Positions 26,313 to 37,223 of a stretch of DNA of 64,000 nucleotides are shown here, piece by piece. The notes under the pieces were generated by a model, which saw only the letters and a list, made by a program, of their open reading frames with translations, made no database searches and was not told the DNA's origin. Positions within the stretch are counted from its first letter, which is position 1. The number at the start of each line of letters is the position of its first letter. The translations under genes and the position numbers were made by a program. Origin of the DNA: Piromyces finnis finn (lineage: Eukaryota > Fungi > Neocallimastigomycota); the NCBI GenBank assembly GCA_002104945.1, contig MCFH01000027.1, forward strand, positions 1 through 64,000. Direction: 5' to 3'.

Positions 26313-27125
26313 TATAATAAATAATAAAATTAATAAATATAAAATTATTATTATACCTGATTTTTAAGTTAACCCTAAAAGTAACTTAAAACAAGTTATA
26401 GTTTAATTAAGTACCTTACCAAAATTCTTAAATAAAATTAATCCTAAACACTGCATATATTTTGATTATTGAAAGAAAATAATAAACTTTAATTAATCGA
26501 GATCAAAATATATAACTTTTGTTAAATTAATTATTAAATTAAATGTTTAATAACTTCGTTAGTAAATTACACTTTAAAAGTAAACAAATATAATAATTCA
26601 TGTTATAAAATAATATAATTAAACACCTTTATTAAAACATTAAAAATAATTATTACTTTAATTAATTGTAAAATAAACAACTTTTTATATTCTTTAACTT
26701 TTAATTATTTCTTTTATTGTTATTTCTAATTACTTTTATTACTTTTATTGTAAATAGTTATTAATATTATTGTTTTAATGTAAATAGTTTAAATTTAAAA
26801 GAAAATATAAATACATGTAAATATTCTTATTTTAATCATTATTATTATTATTAGTAAAGAAATATTATATAGTTAGATTAATATTTTATAATTTTAATAA
26901 TCACTTTTATACTTAAATAAATAAAATTTTAAATATTTAAATATTAGAAAAACAAGTGTTTCTAATAAAACAATTTAGTGTTTTAACAAAACAATTTTAT
27001 TAATTTTTATAAAAACGATTTTAAATCTTAATCAATATAACTTATATAGTTATAACAAAAGATATAATATAATAATCACTTTTTGAAGTAAAATTCAAAG
27101 TTAAGATTATTATCAAATTATATCA
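26313..27125 (+). mobile_element. Family C LTR-like repeat (about 800 bp), 12 bp upstream of tRNA-Arg
   Basis: Near-identical to 60460-61251 and to the reverse complements of 42252-43066 and 45552-46111. Consensus terminus TGTGATAAATAATG, here TATAATAAATAATA. Other end and TSD unresolved. Confidence 0.7.
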
Positions 27126-29467
27126 TTCATTGTTAAGGAATGAACATAAATAGTTGAATTAGCTAGAATTTTAGGATTTAACCTTCAACTATTTATATTC
27201 CTTACTAGTGTTTAACTCTATTTTTAAAATATAAAAATTATAATATATAATTTTTATACATTTTTCTAGTAATTATTAATATTTTTATTATATAGTTATA
27301 TTATTTGTATATAGTTATTTAAGACCTTTATTATTAGTATTAGTATAATTACTTATAATATTTTATACTTATAAAATTTTACAAAATTTTATTATTAAAA
27401 TAGTTATAGGTATTTTATTATTATTTAAGGTTTATTTTATTAATTAACTTTATTGTATAATATTTTATAATTTGAAATTATGACATAGAATTTAATTATA
27501 ATTTTTACTAAAAGAGGCAACTGTTACACACAAAACAGAAGATACCTCGACAGAAAAATTATTATTTATGTCTAAAAAAGGGCATAATTAATTGAATAAT
27601 ATAATTTTATTATATGTCATAATTAAATATATAATATATGATATGCAAAAATGTTACACATATCATAAATTAAAAATATATTAATTATAAATTATAAATT
27701 AAAAATTTTTCTATTCAAATATTAAGAGATTATTCATAATATATATTAAGGATTTAATTAATATATATTACAGTGAATGATCCATATATTATGAATGAAA
27801 TCAATTTAAATACTTAGCTATCCAAAACCATTAAATTTCAAATAATGGATAGTTGGAAAAAGTACGAGGATTTTTGAGAAAAAATTTTAAAAATTGAAAA
27901 ATCAAAAAATAAATTAAATGAATAAAAATTAGAATTAAATAAATTTTTATTTTTATAACTATTCAAGTGTTTTGTGATATCTTATTTGAACCGTAGCATC
28001 ATTGATACGTGACGAACAGAAAATACTACTTTTGGTAGAAATTCCAGGTTAATTCATATAAGGGTTAAGATAATAATAAATTAATAATAACTTTAATTAA
28101 TAATGAAATTAATTAATATGAAATTAATTAAAAAAAAATATTTAATATGTACTAATATAAATATAATTAATAATTAAATAATTAAAATGATGTTCTTGAT
28201 TTTGTAATTTAGTTCCAAAGATAATAAGATATAATAAAATGAGAAATTTAGTAGTAGTTTAGTAATATTAATAGTGAATAAGTAGTATATTTATATAGGA
28301 AATATAGTTATTTTAAATATGTATTATTAATAATAAATAAATGTAAAAATACTAATTATAATATATTTTAATAAAGATAAATATTTAATAATAATAAAAG
28401 GCTTATTTTGTTTATAATAATAACAATAATAATAATAATAACAATAAATAATAATAAATAAGTAAATAAATACATAATAACTATATCACATAATTATTAA
28501 TAACTGGAATATATTATTTCAGCAATATTCCTTATTACCACAACCTCAAAATAAATAATAATATTATGATATTTTATTTTATAACGTATCATCATCAAAA
28601 AGCGATTTTTTATTAAAGAAAAGTGTGGTAAGCACACTAGTTATATTAATTAACAAATAATACACTTTCCTATTGAAGGCGTAAAGCTAATAATATTTAT
28701 ATAAAGAAAATTAAATAATATTTTTATTTTAGCAATAACTTAATATCAGCATATATTAAGTTATTAAAAATATTAAAATTTTTAAAGTTTTGGGTTTTAT
28801 AGGAGTTTATAAATTCTATTAACTTTAAGTTAAAAAATTACTAACTCTAAAGCTTCGTAATTTTTGTCAATTTTTGTTCTTTTTATACATGAACAATTTT
28901 AATTATTACATTTTTAATTTTAATTAATTATTGTCTAATTATATAATATTTAATTTTTATAAATTAATAATTAATATAATTATTGTAAATAGTTAATAAA
29001 TTTAAAATAAAATTTTTAATAATAAAATTTTAATAATTTTAAAAAAATTTAATAATTTCAAATATTAGAAATTTTATACTTTGAAATTTTTTAATAAAAA
29101 TTTAAAAAATAAATTTTTTCCATATGTCCAAATTTTTTAAATTTTTATATATGTTATTGTGACAAATTTTGTTGTGTAAGAATATATACTTATTATTTAT
29201 TCTTAGTATTAAACATTATAAATAATTTATTTAGTTAATAATCATTAATCCATTAAATTATATTAATATATTATTATAGTTATTTGTTAAGTTAAATATT
29301 ATAAATATTTATTTAGTTAATAATTATTCATTCACTATATTAGATTAATTAATTTATTTAATTATATATTTATACATTCATTTATATACACTTGTATTAT
29401 AAAAGGTAAAACATATACTAATTACATTAATAATATTATATAACTATATATTAGTATGTAATAGGAA

Positions 29468-29605
29468 ATCGGATATTAAGGTTTTACCCGTTATCAATGG
29501 TTTTACTTAATATTACGATAATTGGTATGATTAGAATATCAATCAAATAACTTTTTAGGTTTTTCTTTTAGTCTTTTACTAAAAAGATTTTTGTTAAGAT
29601 TAGAA
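29468..29605 (+). ncRNA. Cis-acting structured RNA candidate: ENE-like stem, hairpin, H-type pseudoknot
   Basis: ATATTAAG/CTTAATAT lower stem, TTTT/TTTT internal loop, CCGTT/AATGG upper stem, then pseudoknot CTTTTTAG/CTAAAAAG with TTTTAGTCTT/AAGATTAGAA. Covaries with five other copies. Confidence 0.6.
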
Positions 29606-29903
29606 TGTTCTTAGAAATTTTAATTTAATAAAATAAAACATATAAATAGTACTCTTGAGTTCGATTTGAGAAATCAAGAGTTATTATTATAAGATTAATT
29701 ATAATAAATAACTTTATACAAAATAATAAGTAATAAAATAAATATTAAAAAACTATTAAATACACAAAATAATTCTGATACATTTGGTGTTTGTTTATTA
29801 TAATTTCTTATAATAAACTCATTAAGTTAAGTTTCTAATTTTATCTTTATTTTCACATTTTAATAATAATTTATATTATTAATTTGAAGCTAATAATTAT
29901 TAT

Positions 29904-30519
29904 TGTAAAGATATCAAACGCCTCAACTTGATATCTTTAATGTAACTTAAGCCATAAGTATTATTGTTTAAGTTACACAAATTATATTCAGAAAAAGAAA
30001 ATGAGACATAATTTATTTATTAATAATTAAAGTTTAAAACAAAATAAATTATTAATTTATTTTTAATGTTTAACAAGTAAATTAAAATTCTCAATTTAAA
30101 TCCCTAGTTTTAGTATTGTTTTTTTCATAGAAATAGATAAATAATATATAAATAATAAATGATTAATATATCAATAATACATGGGCACATATTCAAATTG
30201 AATAGTACTTAATTTGAATTGCCGATTGTATTTTACTAAAAATAGTTATAGTTTAAATATTTATTAATAATTAAGATTTTAGTGTAGATTTTAAATAATG
30301 ATATATAAGAAATAAATAGTTATAATATAATATAAATGTATTTAGGAAAAATATAAATAGAAGATATTTTTCATCATTTTATCGATGTAATTGTTATTAA
30401 TAAAATTTCTATTATAATAAAAGAGATTTTTAATAAAACAATTTTTATTTTTATTTTAAATTTAGTGTTATTGTAATAGAATAGATATCCTAATCTATTC
30501 TTCTAGTGTCAACATTACA
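29904..30519 (+). mobile_element. Family A solo LTR (616 bp)
   Basis: TGTAAAG...ATTACA, TSD ATTAT on both sides, same family as the 3' LTR at 41342-41959. Confidence 0.92.
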
Positions 30520-31153
30520 ATTATTATATAATAAATATAATATAATTATTACATGTTGTTAAGGAACCAACAAATAATGTTATTCTTGTCATAATTAATG
30601 ATTATAACCTAATCCATTATTGTTCCTAAATGTATGAAAACTTTACAATATTCTTATTTGTAAATTAATGTATACACTTAAATTATATTTAAAATTATTA
30701 ATAATTATTTTTATTGAACTTAAATTTTATTTTATTAAACTTAAAAATTAATTTAGTAATAATAATATATTGAAAATTATAGTTTATTGAACTTTTAGTT
30801 TAATTTATCAAGTTAATGAATTTTTATTAATTAAAATTATGAATAATATTTCTGTAATGTAGTAAAATTCTTTAGTTAAATATATTTGAAGTAAACTTTT
30901 AATAATGTATGTTAATCGATTCAATAATATGTATAAATATTTATTATAATAGTAATGTAATTTTATTATTAATTTAAAAGTAATTTAAATACTAAAATTA
31001 ATGTAAATAATTAAAGAATAATTCTTTTAATTAACACTACTTAATTTTTTACAAAAAGTATAAAAAGGTGTATATTATAAGAATTAGAGAAGAGACAGAT
31101 ATTTTTTTATTTTCATTTTTTTTATTTTATTTTTATAATTTTATATTTATACC

Positions 31154-31592
31154 TGTAATGAATACTAGAAATAACTAAATTGTCTTAGTGGTTAGTAGCT
31201 AAGACTTTGAGTCTGAATGACACTAGTTCGAGACCTCATAGATACTATTTTAAAAAAATTATAATTTTATTTTATTTTATTTTATTTTTAAATTTTATTT
31301 TATATGAAGATTATTGATTGGTTAAGAATTTTAAGTTGAAAAAATTTTATAAATTAATTTAAAAAATTTTTAGTATAAATACGAGTGAATTTTCCCAAAT
31401 ATTTTAAAGAATCGAGATTTTATTAATAAATAATTATATTATTAAACACTAACTTATTAAGTTAAATTCTATGTGTTTTTAATGATATTTTTATAAATTA
31501 ATAATTTACAGAATATTTTAAAGTGTTAATATTACTAAGTTATTTAGTAAATATTATAATTTGTTTTATTGTTAAAGACACATTTCTTTACA
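31154..31592 (+). repeat. 5' LTR of retrotransposon 1
   Basis: TGTAATG...CTTTACA. TATAAAT at 31374-31380. Confidence 0.97.
31181..31234 (+). promoter_or_regulatory. tRNA-Gln(UUG)-like A-box/anticodon/B-box cassette in U3 (copy at 37263-37316)
   Basis: Maps at canonical spacing onto tRNA positions 8-61, retaining T8, A14, G15, G18, G19, A21, C32, T33, TTG, A37, C48, G53, TTC, G57, A58, C61. Acceptor and T stems are not paired. Confidence 0.6.
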
Positions 31593-31602
31593 ATAAAATC
31601 TC
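31593..31602 (+). promoter_or_regulatory. Self-priming type PBS
   Basis: ATAAAATCTC directly after the LTR is the exact reverse complement of GAGATTTTAT at 31414-31423 inside the LTR. No TGG-type tRNA PBS present. Confidence 0.7.
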
Positions 31603-32483
31603 CTTATAATATAAAAGCTTAATACCTTAGTGTTTAAGAAATTGTTATAGATAAAACTTTTAAGTTTTATTGTTGAAGCTTTTCTTTAAAGAAATATTTT
31701 TACTTAAAGTAGTAGAATTAGTACGCTTTAGAAGCGGTATATAATTCAAACTATAAAAAGTAAAAGATTAACGGGATCGAGTTTAACCTGTACAATAATT
31801 GGGTTGGCAGGCTCTGAGCTATTCTACTTTGAATAAGGAAGTAGGAGAATCCGAGGTACACCACGTACAAGACGCTGTAATAAGCAAGCTGGCGTGAGAT
31901 TTATAGTTGTATACTATCTTTTGCTGTTTGATTATAGACCGGAAAATAGCCGGAAATGCCTTACTTTAATAAAATAATATTTCTTAATTAATACATTTTA
32001 AAATTAAGTTTTCTAATAAAACAATTTCTAATTTTTAATTATAATTATTAATTGTTAAGACAATTTATTAAAATTGTAATAATATAAAATAATATTCTTT
32101 ATAACTCCTTTAGCGTGAGAAGTTAAACTCTTATACATAATACTTCTACGTTCGGATAAGGTTGATATAGGGAAAGAAAACCTGTAATAATTTTTATTGC
32201 TAACAATAAGTTAGACACTAAAAAAAATTTTTACACCGTTCCTTTCTTTTATTAATTTAATTAATATTAACAATCGACTTTATACGTGTTATCGTGAAGA
32301 GCTACGAAGGACTTATTATAAAGAATAAAACAGGTTATATATTTGATGGTTTAACACTATATAATCTGGTTTGTATTATTATTTAATAAAAAGATTTACT
32401 CAATTAATAAATATAATTAAATACTTTATTCTATTATTTTTACAAATTTATTAAAGCTTATTAAAGAAAACATCATAAGTACT

Positions 32484-35400
32484 ATGGAAGAGAACGAAAA
32501 CAACCACATGGATAATAATAATATTTTCGAAAACGCAACTCTTAAGGATGGTTTTGCAGGGGATCGCAGGTATCTGAAGGGTTTCTTAGCTAAGGTGGAG
32601 CTAGTGTTTATGCTATATCCTGAACGGTATCAAGACGACGCAACCAAAATTCTCTATATAATATCAAGACTTTATGGGGACGCTATGAATTGGGCTGCTA
32701 CTCTTATAAACAACCATGATCCGTGTCTTAATAACTACCAAGCTTTTGTTGACAGATTTAAGGCTTTTTATGGTTATAACGATGCTACCTATGTTGCAAA
32801 TCAAATGCTTAGAACCTTAAAACAACGCCGATTAGGAGGAATTAGAGGCTATATCTTGGAATTTAACCGCTATGCTGATGAATCAAACTGGAATGAACAA
32901 GCCAAAATGGATGCATTTATAGCTGGCCTTAATCAACAAGTTGCAGTTCGTATTTTGGAAATGTTTCCGGGTCCTAGGGATCTTCTTTCATTACAGACTA
33001 TTGCTTCAAGAATCGATTCAAGATTATCTACACACCATACCTTTTTCCCTTCTGGTTCAAACAATGACCAAAACCGAAAGAAAAGATCTTTTCATCACTC
33101 TTCAAAAATAACAAAGTCCATTACAAACAGGAATAACCATGGCCCTATCTCAAACGAAGAAAAGGAAAGAAGAAAGAAAGAAAATCTTTGTGTGTATTGT
33201 GGTGCTTCAAGTCATAAGATTAATAATTGTCCAAAAAGAAAGAATAAAGATCGTGAAAATCCTTCACTAATATCTATTCCCACACTTATATCCGCTCCTA
33301 AAGAAGAAAACAAAACTCATAATAAAATGACAACTAAATTTAAACTTTCTTATGAACTAAATACGGATATTCTTATTGACTCAGGATCCAAACTTAATTT
33401 AATTGATGTAGATTACTGTAACGATAATAACATTCCTTATCATGATGATGGTAACCTCCCAAATATCGTTGGTATCGGTGGTCGACAATCTCTTTTTGGA
33501 ATTACATCTCCTTTGAATCTTCGCTACAAAGATCATCTCTGTCGAACACAATTCTATGTAACTGATCTACCTTATTATCCTTGTATTCTTGGAATAGACT
33601 GGCTTAAAGAACACAATCCTTCTATCGATTTCACAAAGAACAAAATTTCATTTGTATCCGATTACTGTTATAATCGTTGTATAACACTCTCCAATAATGT
33701 CTCTGAATTTCCTGAAGAAAGATCTGCTTTTCCTGCAATGGAAGATCCTTCCTACGAACCTCCGCATGATTCATTCGCTTACCCTATATTTGTCGATAAA
33801 CAAAACATCCAATCTCAAAACGAAACTAATCGTACTTGTACTATTCTCTGTTCGGGTTCTTCAAAAAATATTAACAATTCTGTTTCTAAGAAGTCTTCTG
33901 TTAACTTTTCTACTTCGTCTCTCTCAAATCAAGAACCAACTTCTGTTTTGACTTCTTTTTCTGATTCTAATATTCATTCCAATTCTATTCTCAAATCCGA
34001 TTCAAACTCTAAATCAGAACCCAATTCTTCTATTATACTTCCGGATGTTCTCTCTGACTTTGCTGATGTCTTCAATGAATCTAATGCTGAAAAACTTCCT
34101 CCACACCGTCCATACGATTGTGAAATAAAACTCAAAGAAAATTCAAAACTGTTTTATGGACCGATTTATCCTCTAACAGAAACCGAATCAATTGCTTTAG
34201 AAGAATATATAAAAGAAAATCTCAAGAAAGGATTTATTAGAAAATCAAAATCGCCTGCGGGAGCTCCTATTCTGTTTGTACCTAAGAAAAACGGTCAACT
34301 TCGTATGTGTGTTGACTATCGCCAATTAAACTCCATAACTATTCGTGATTCTTATCCCCTTCCTCTTATACAAGATATGCTTGAACATCTTGGAAAAGGG
34401 AAGATTTTCTCAAAATTGGATCTTCGTTCTGCCTATAACTTGGTCAGGATTAAAAGTGGTGATGAATATAAAACCGCTTTTACTTGCAAGTTAGGTCATT
34501 TTGAATACTGTGTGATGCCTTTTGGGTTGAAAAATGCACCTGCTGTTTTTCAACATTTCATTAATGATGTTCTTGAAGACGTTCTTGGTAAATTCGCTTT
34601 CTCTTACATAGATGATATTATTATTTTTTCCTCTGATTATAAATCTCATATTTCTCATGTCAAAACTGTTTTGAAACTCCTGAGGGATGCTGGGCTCTAT
34701 GCTAAATTGGAAAAATGCGAGTTTTTTGTTTCTTTTATTGATTTCCTTGGTCATAGGATTTCTACTGATGGTATTCACATGGACCCAAATAAAGTTTCTT
34801 CTATTTTAAACTGGCCTACTCCATCTAATGTTAAAGAGGTTCAATCTTTTCTTGGTCTTGCGAACTACTACCGTCGATTTATTCCAAATTTTGCAAAGAT
34901 CGCTCATCCTTTGCATAAACTTTTGAAGAAAAATGTTAAATTTGTATGGTCTAAAGAAGCTCAAGATGCTTTCGATTCACTCAAGTCCTTATTTGTTTCT
35001 GCTCCTGTTCTTATATTTCCTAATCGTGAACTTCCATTCATAGTCGAAACTGATTCAAGTAACTTTGCCATTGGTGCTATTCTCTCGCAAGTCTCTCCAA
35101 TTGATAATATGACCCATCCAGTTGCTTTCTTTTCTCGCTCTCTTACTGGTCCTGAACGTAATTATCCAATATATGATAAAGAGCTCTTAGCTATCGTTGC
35201 TGCTCTTGAAACATGGCGTCATCTACTTAAAGGCTCTTCTTCTACTTTTAAGATTTACTCGGATCATCGAAATTTACTCTATCAAAAGAAACCTGAAAAA
35301 ATGTCTCAACGTCTTGTTCGCTGGGCTTTGTTTCTCTCTGAATTTAACTTTGTTATTATTTATCGTTCTGGTTCTTCTAACGGTAAGCCTGATGCTCTAT

Positions 35401-36338
35401 CTCGTCGTCCTGATTATGCTATCAATTCGAATTCCTCTTCTGATGTTCCTTTTAATGTTCTTCGCCCTGAAAACTTTTGTGCCATTGTGACTTCTGTTTC
35501 GTCCATTAGTGATTCTTTTCTTTCCGAATATATAAATGATGACTTTTACAATAAAATCTGTGAATATCTTGATTGTAGGAAACCTCCAATACCTCACCCT
35601 CAAATTGACAAATTTTCCTTAAGCAATAGTTTTCTCCTTTTTACTGACAGAATCTATGTTCCTCCAAATTGTCGTCTTTCAATTCTTAAACTCTGTCACG
35701 ACTCTCCTTCAGCTGGTCATTTCGGAATAAAGAAAACATCTTCTCTTATTGCTAGAGACTTCTGGTGGCCTTCTATTTCTTCTGATGTTAAAGACTACGT
35801 TCGTTCTTGTGAAGTTTGTTGTCGTTCAAAAACCTTTCGTCATAAACCTTATGGTCTTCTGAATCCTCTTGATATTGCTGAGCGTCCTTGGTCATCCATT
35901 TCAATGGATTTCATTACAGATTTGCCTTCATCTTCTGGTTTCACTTGCATTCTTGTTGTTGTTGATCGTCTTACAAAAATGGTTCATCTCATTCCGTTCA
36001 AAAGTATTCCTTCCGCCGCCGAAACAGCCACAGCCTTTATTGATAATATTTTCCGTCTTCATGGCCTACCTGAATCTATTGTCTCGGATAGAGGTTCTCA
36101 ATTTACCTCTAAATTCTTCCAATCCATCTGTTCCTCCCTTGGCATTGAACTTAAGTTGTCTACTCCATTTCATCATCAATCAAACGGTCAGACGGAGAGG
36201 GTGAACTCCGTTATAGAACAATATTTAAGATGTTTCTCAAATTATAAAGGTTCAAATTGGAAAAGTTTTCTTAGTCTTGCAGAATTTAGTTATAACAACG
36301 TGGTCCAAGAATCATCCAAATTTTCTCCATTCTTTTGA
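32484..36338 (+). CDS. Gag-Pol polyprotein: capsid, CCHC knuckle, protease, RT, RNase H, integrase core
   Basis: [14 protein letters not shown] knuckle, LIDSGS protease, [21 protein letters not shown] RNase [13 protein letters not shown] and MDF..SDRG..E integrase motifs. Confidence 0.95.
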   Translation: MEENENNHMDNNNIFENATLKDGFAGDRRYLKGFLAKVELVFMLYPERYQDDATKILYIISRLYGDAMNWAATLINNHDPCLNNYQAFVDRFKAFYGYNDATYVANQMLRTLKQRRLGGIRGYILEFNRYADESNWNEQAKMDAFIAGLNQQVAVRILEMFPGPRDLLSLQTIASRIDSRLSTHHTFFPSGSNNDQNRKKRSFHHSSKITKSITNRNNHGPISNEEKERRKKENLCVYCGASSHKINNCPKRKNKDRENPSLISIPTLISAPKEENKTHNKMTTKFKLSYELNTDILIDSGSKLNLIDVDYCNDNNIPYHDDGNLPNIVGIGGRQSLFGITSPLNLRYKDHLCRTQFYVTDLPYYPCILGIDWLKEHNPSIDFTKNKISFVSDYCYNRCITLSNNVSEFPEERSAFPAMEDPSYEPPHDSFAYPIFVDKQNIQSQNETNRTCTILCSGSSKNINNSVSKKSSVNFSTSSLSNQEPTSVLTSFSDSNIHSNSILKSDSNSKSEPNSSIILPDVLSDFADVFNESNAEKLPPHRPYDCEIKLKENSKLFYGPIYPLTETESIALEEYIKENLKKGFIRKSKSPAGAPILFVPKKNGQLRMCVDYRQLNSITIRDSYPLPLIQDMLEHLGKGKIFSKLDLRSAYNLVRIKSGDEYKTAFTCKLGHFEYCVMPFGLKNAPAVFQHFINDVLEDVLGKFAFSYIDDIIIFSSDYKSHISHVKTVLKLLRDAGLYAKLEKCEFFVSFIDFLGHRISTDGIHMDPNKVSSILNWPTPSNVKEVQSFLGLANYYRRFIPNFAKIAHPLHKLLKKNVKFVWSKEAQDAFDSLKSLFVSAPVLIFPNRELPFIVETDSSNFAIGAILSQVSPIDNMTHPVAFFSRSLTGPERNYPIYDKELLAIVAALETWRHLLKGSSSTFKIYSDHRNLLYQKKPEKMSQRLVRWALFLSEFNFVIIYRSGSSNGKPDALSRRPDYAINSNSSSDVPFNVLRPENFCAIVTSVSSISDSFLSEYINDDFYNKICEYLDCRKPPIPHPQIDKFSLSNSFLLFTDRIYVPPNCRLSILKLCHDSPSAGHFGIKKTSSLIARDFWWPSISSDVKDYVRSCEVCCRSKTFRHKPYGLLNPLDIAERPWSSISMDFITDLPSSSGFTCILVVVDRLTKMVHLIPFKSIPSAAETATAFIDNIFRLHGLPESIVSDRGSQFTSKFFQSICSSLGIELKLSTPFHHQSNGQTERVNSVIEQYLRCFSNYKGSNWKSFLSLAEFSYNNVVQESSKFSPFF

Positions 36339-36925
36339 ATTACGGCTTTCATCCAAAATATTCACCAGTTATTCCAGACTTATCTAAAGTCCCAAGAGCA
36401 GAAGAGTTTACAAGAGATTTTAAAACTTTAATTAATACCTTAAAAGAAAATTTAAAATCTGCCATGGAAACCCAGAAGAAGCATGCTGACAAACGTAGAA
36501 AAGAAGCTCCGAATTTTAAAGTTGGTGACAAAGTTTGGCTGGATAGTTCTTTAATTATCCACAAAGGAAATAAAAAATTTAAGCCAAGAAAACTCGGCCC
36601 ATACAAAATCTTGGAAAAAATATCAAATGTTACATTTAAATTAAGTCTCCCAAAATCTATTAAGATTCATCCAGTTATTCATGTATCCAATCTCGAGAAA
36701 TATGTCGAAGATAAATTTGGAAGATCTCAACCACCACCGCCACCTATTACCGTTGACAATGAAGAAGAATACGAAGTTGAAGAAATTCTGGATAAAAGAA
36801 GACATTACGGAAAAATACAATACCTGATTAAATGGAAAGGGTATTCAATCAATGAAGCTTCGTGGGAGCCTGAAGAAAATCTAAATTGCAAGGGGCTACT
36901 TAAAAAATTTAATAGAAAGAAATAA
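36335..36925 (+). CDS. Integrase C-terminus with GPY motif and chromodomain, separated from the main ORF by a 1-nt frameshift
   Basis: [22 protein letters not shown]...YLIKWKGY...SWEPEENL. Adding one T to the run at 36333-36336 restores the reading FFLNYG. Confidence 0.9.
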   Translation: MNYGFHPKYSPVIPDLSKVPRAEEFTRDFKTLINTLKENLKSAMETQKKHADKRRKEAPNFKVGDKVWLDSSLIIHKGNKKFKPRKLGPYKILEKISNVTFKLSLPKSIKIHPVIHVSNLEKYVEDKFGRSQPPPPPITVDNEEEYEVEEILDKRRHYGKIQYLIKWKGYSINEASWEPEENLNCKGLLKKFNRKK

Positions 36926-37223
36926 AAAATAGTTAAAAAATTCAAATTATATTTATTATTAATATTAAAATCACAATTATTATTATTATCAAAACTTATT
37001 AATATCATTATCAATATCAATTTTATTATTAAACAATTTATTAATATCAAATTTATCAATATTTTATTTTTAACTTTAGTAATATTAAAAAAAAAAAAAT
37101 GTATTTTATTATATTAAATGTATTTTTATAATTAAGAAAATTCACTCCTTAGTTTAGTTTATTAAAAAAGAAAAACATATATTTAAATATTAAAATTCTA
37201 GATTCGTCTGGTATCCGAATCCT

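Larger units (their letters stand above)
29175..30553 (+). mobile_element. Family E solo LTR (about 760 bp net) with nested family A LTR
   Basis: TGTAAG...ATTACA ends, TSD TGTTG (29170-29174 and 30554-30558), inverted copy at 55783-57552. Strand assigned from G-U wobbles in its RNA structures. Confidence 0.85.

Noticed and set aside
26054-26317. 87-aa, 64-aa and 62-aa ORFs around tRNA-Arg and tRNA-Thr (26035-26317, 46934-47122)
   Set aside because: They overlap tRNA genes on the opposite strand or flanking non-coding DNA and show no protein features.
26313-26330. RIP-like mutation (three TpG to TpA changes at the C terminus; CAA to TAA in element 2)
   Set aside because: Differences among C copies go in both directions, and young elements and rDNA are unmutated. 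Too few sites to support it.
29468-29605. Hammerhead, HDV, twister or pistol ribozyme (retrozyme) as the identity of the LTR module
   Set aside because: I found no CUGAnGA/GAAA core or other catalytic consensus I could recognise. An experimental cleavage test is still worthwhile.
33697-36606. Short alternate-frame and antisense ORFs inside the retrotransposons (also 38991, 40212, 41134, 48471, 52221, 53069-53557)
   Set aside because: They are shadows of the pol frame or AT-rich UTR frames with no recognisable motifs.
37208-37221. TGGTATC as a tRNA-Met PBS, or GTATCCGAATCC as a B-box
   Set aside because: It lies beside the PPT, not after the 5' LTR, and is better explained as the loop of the pre-PPT hairpin.
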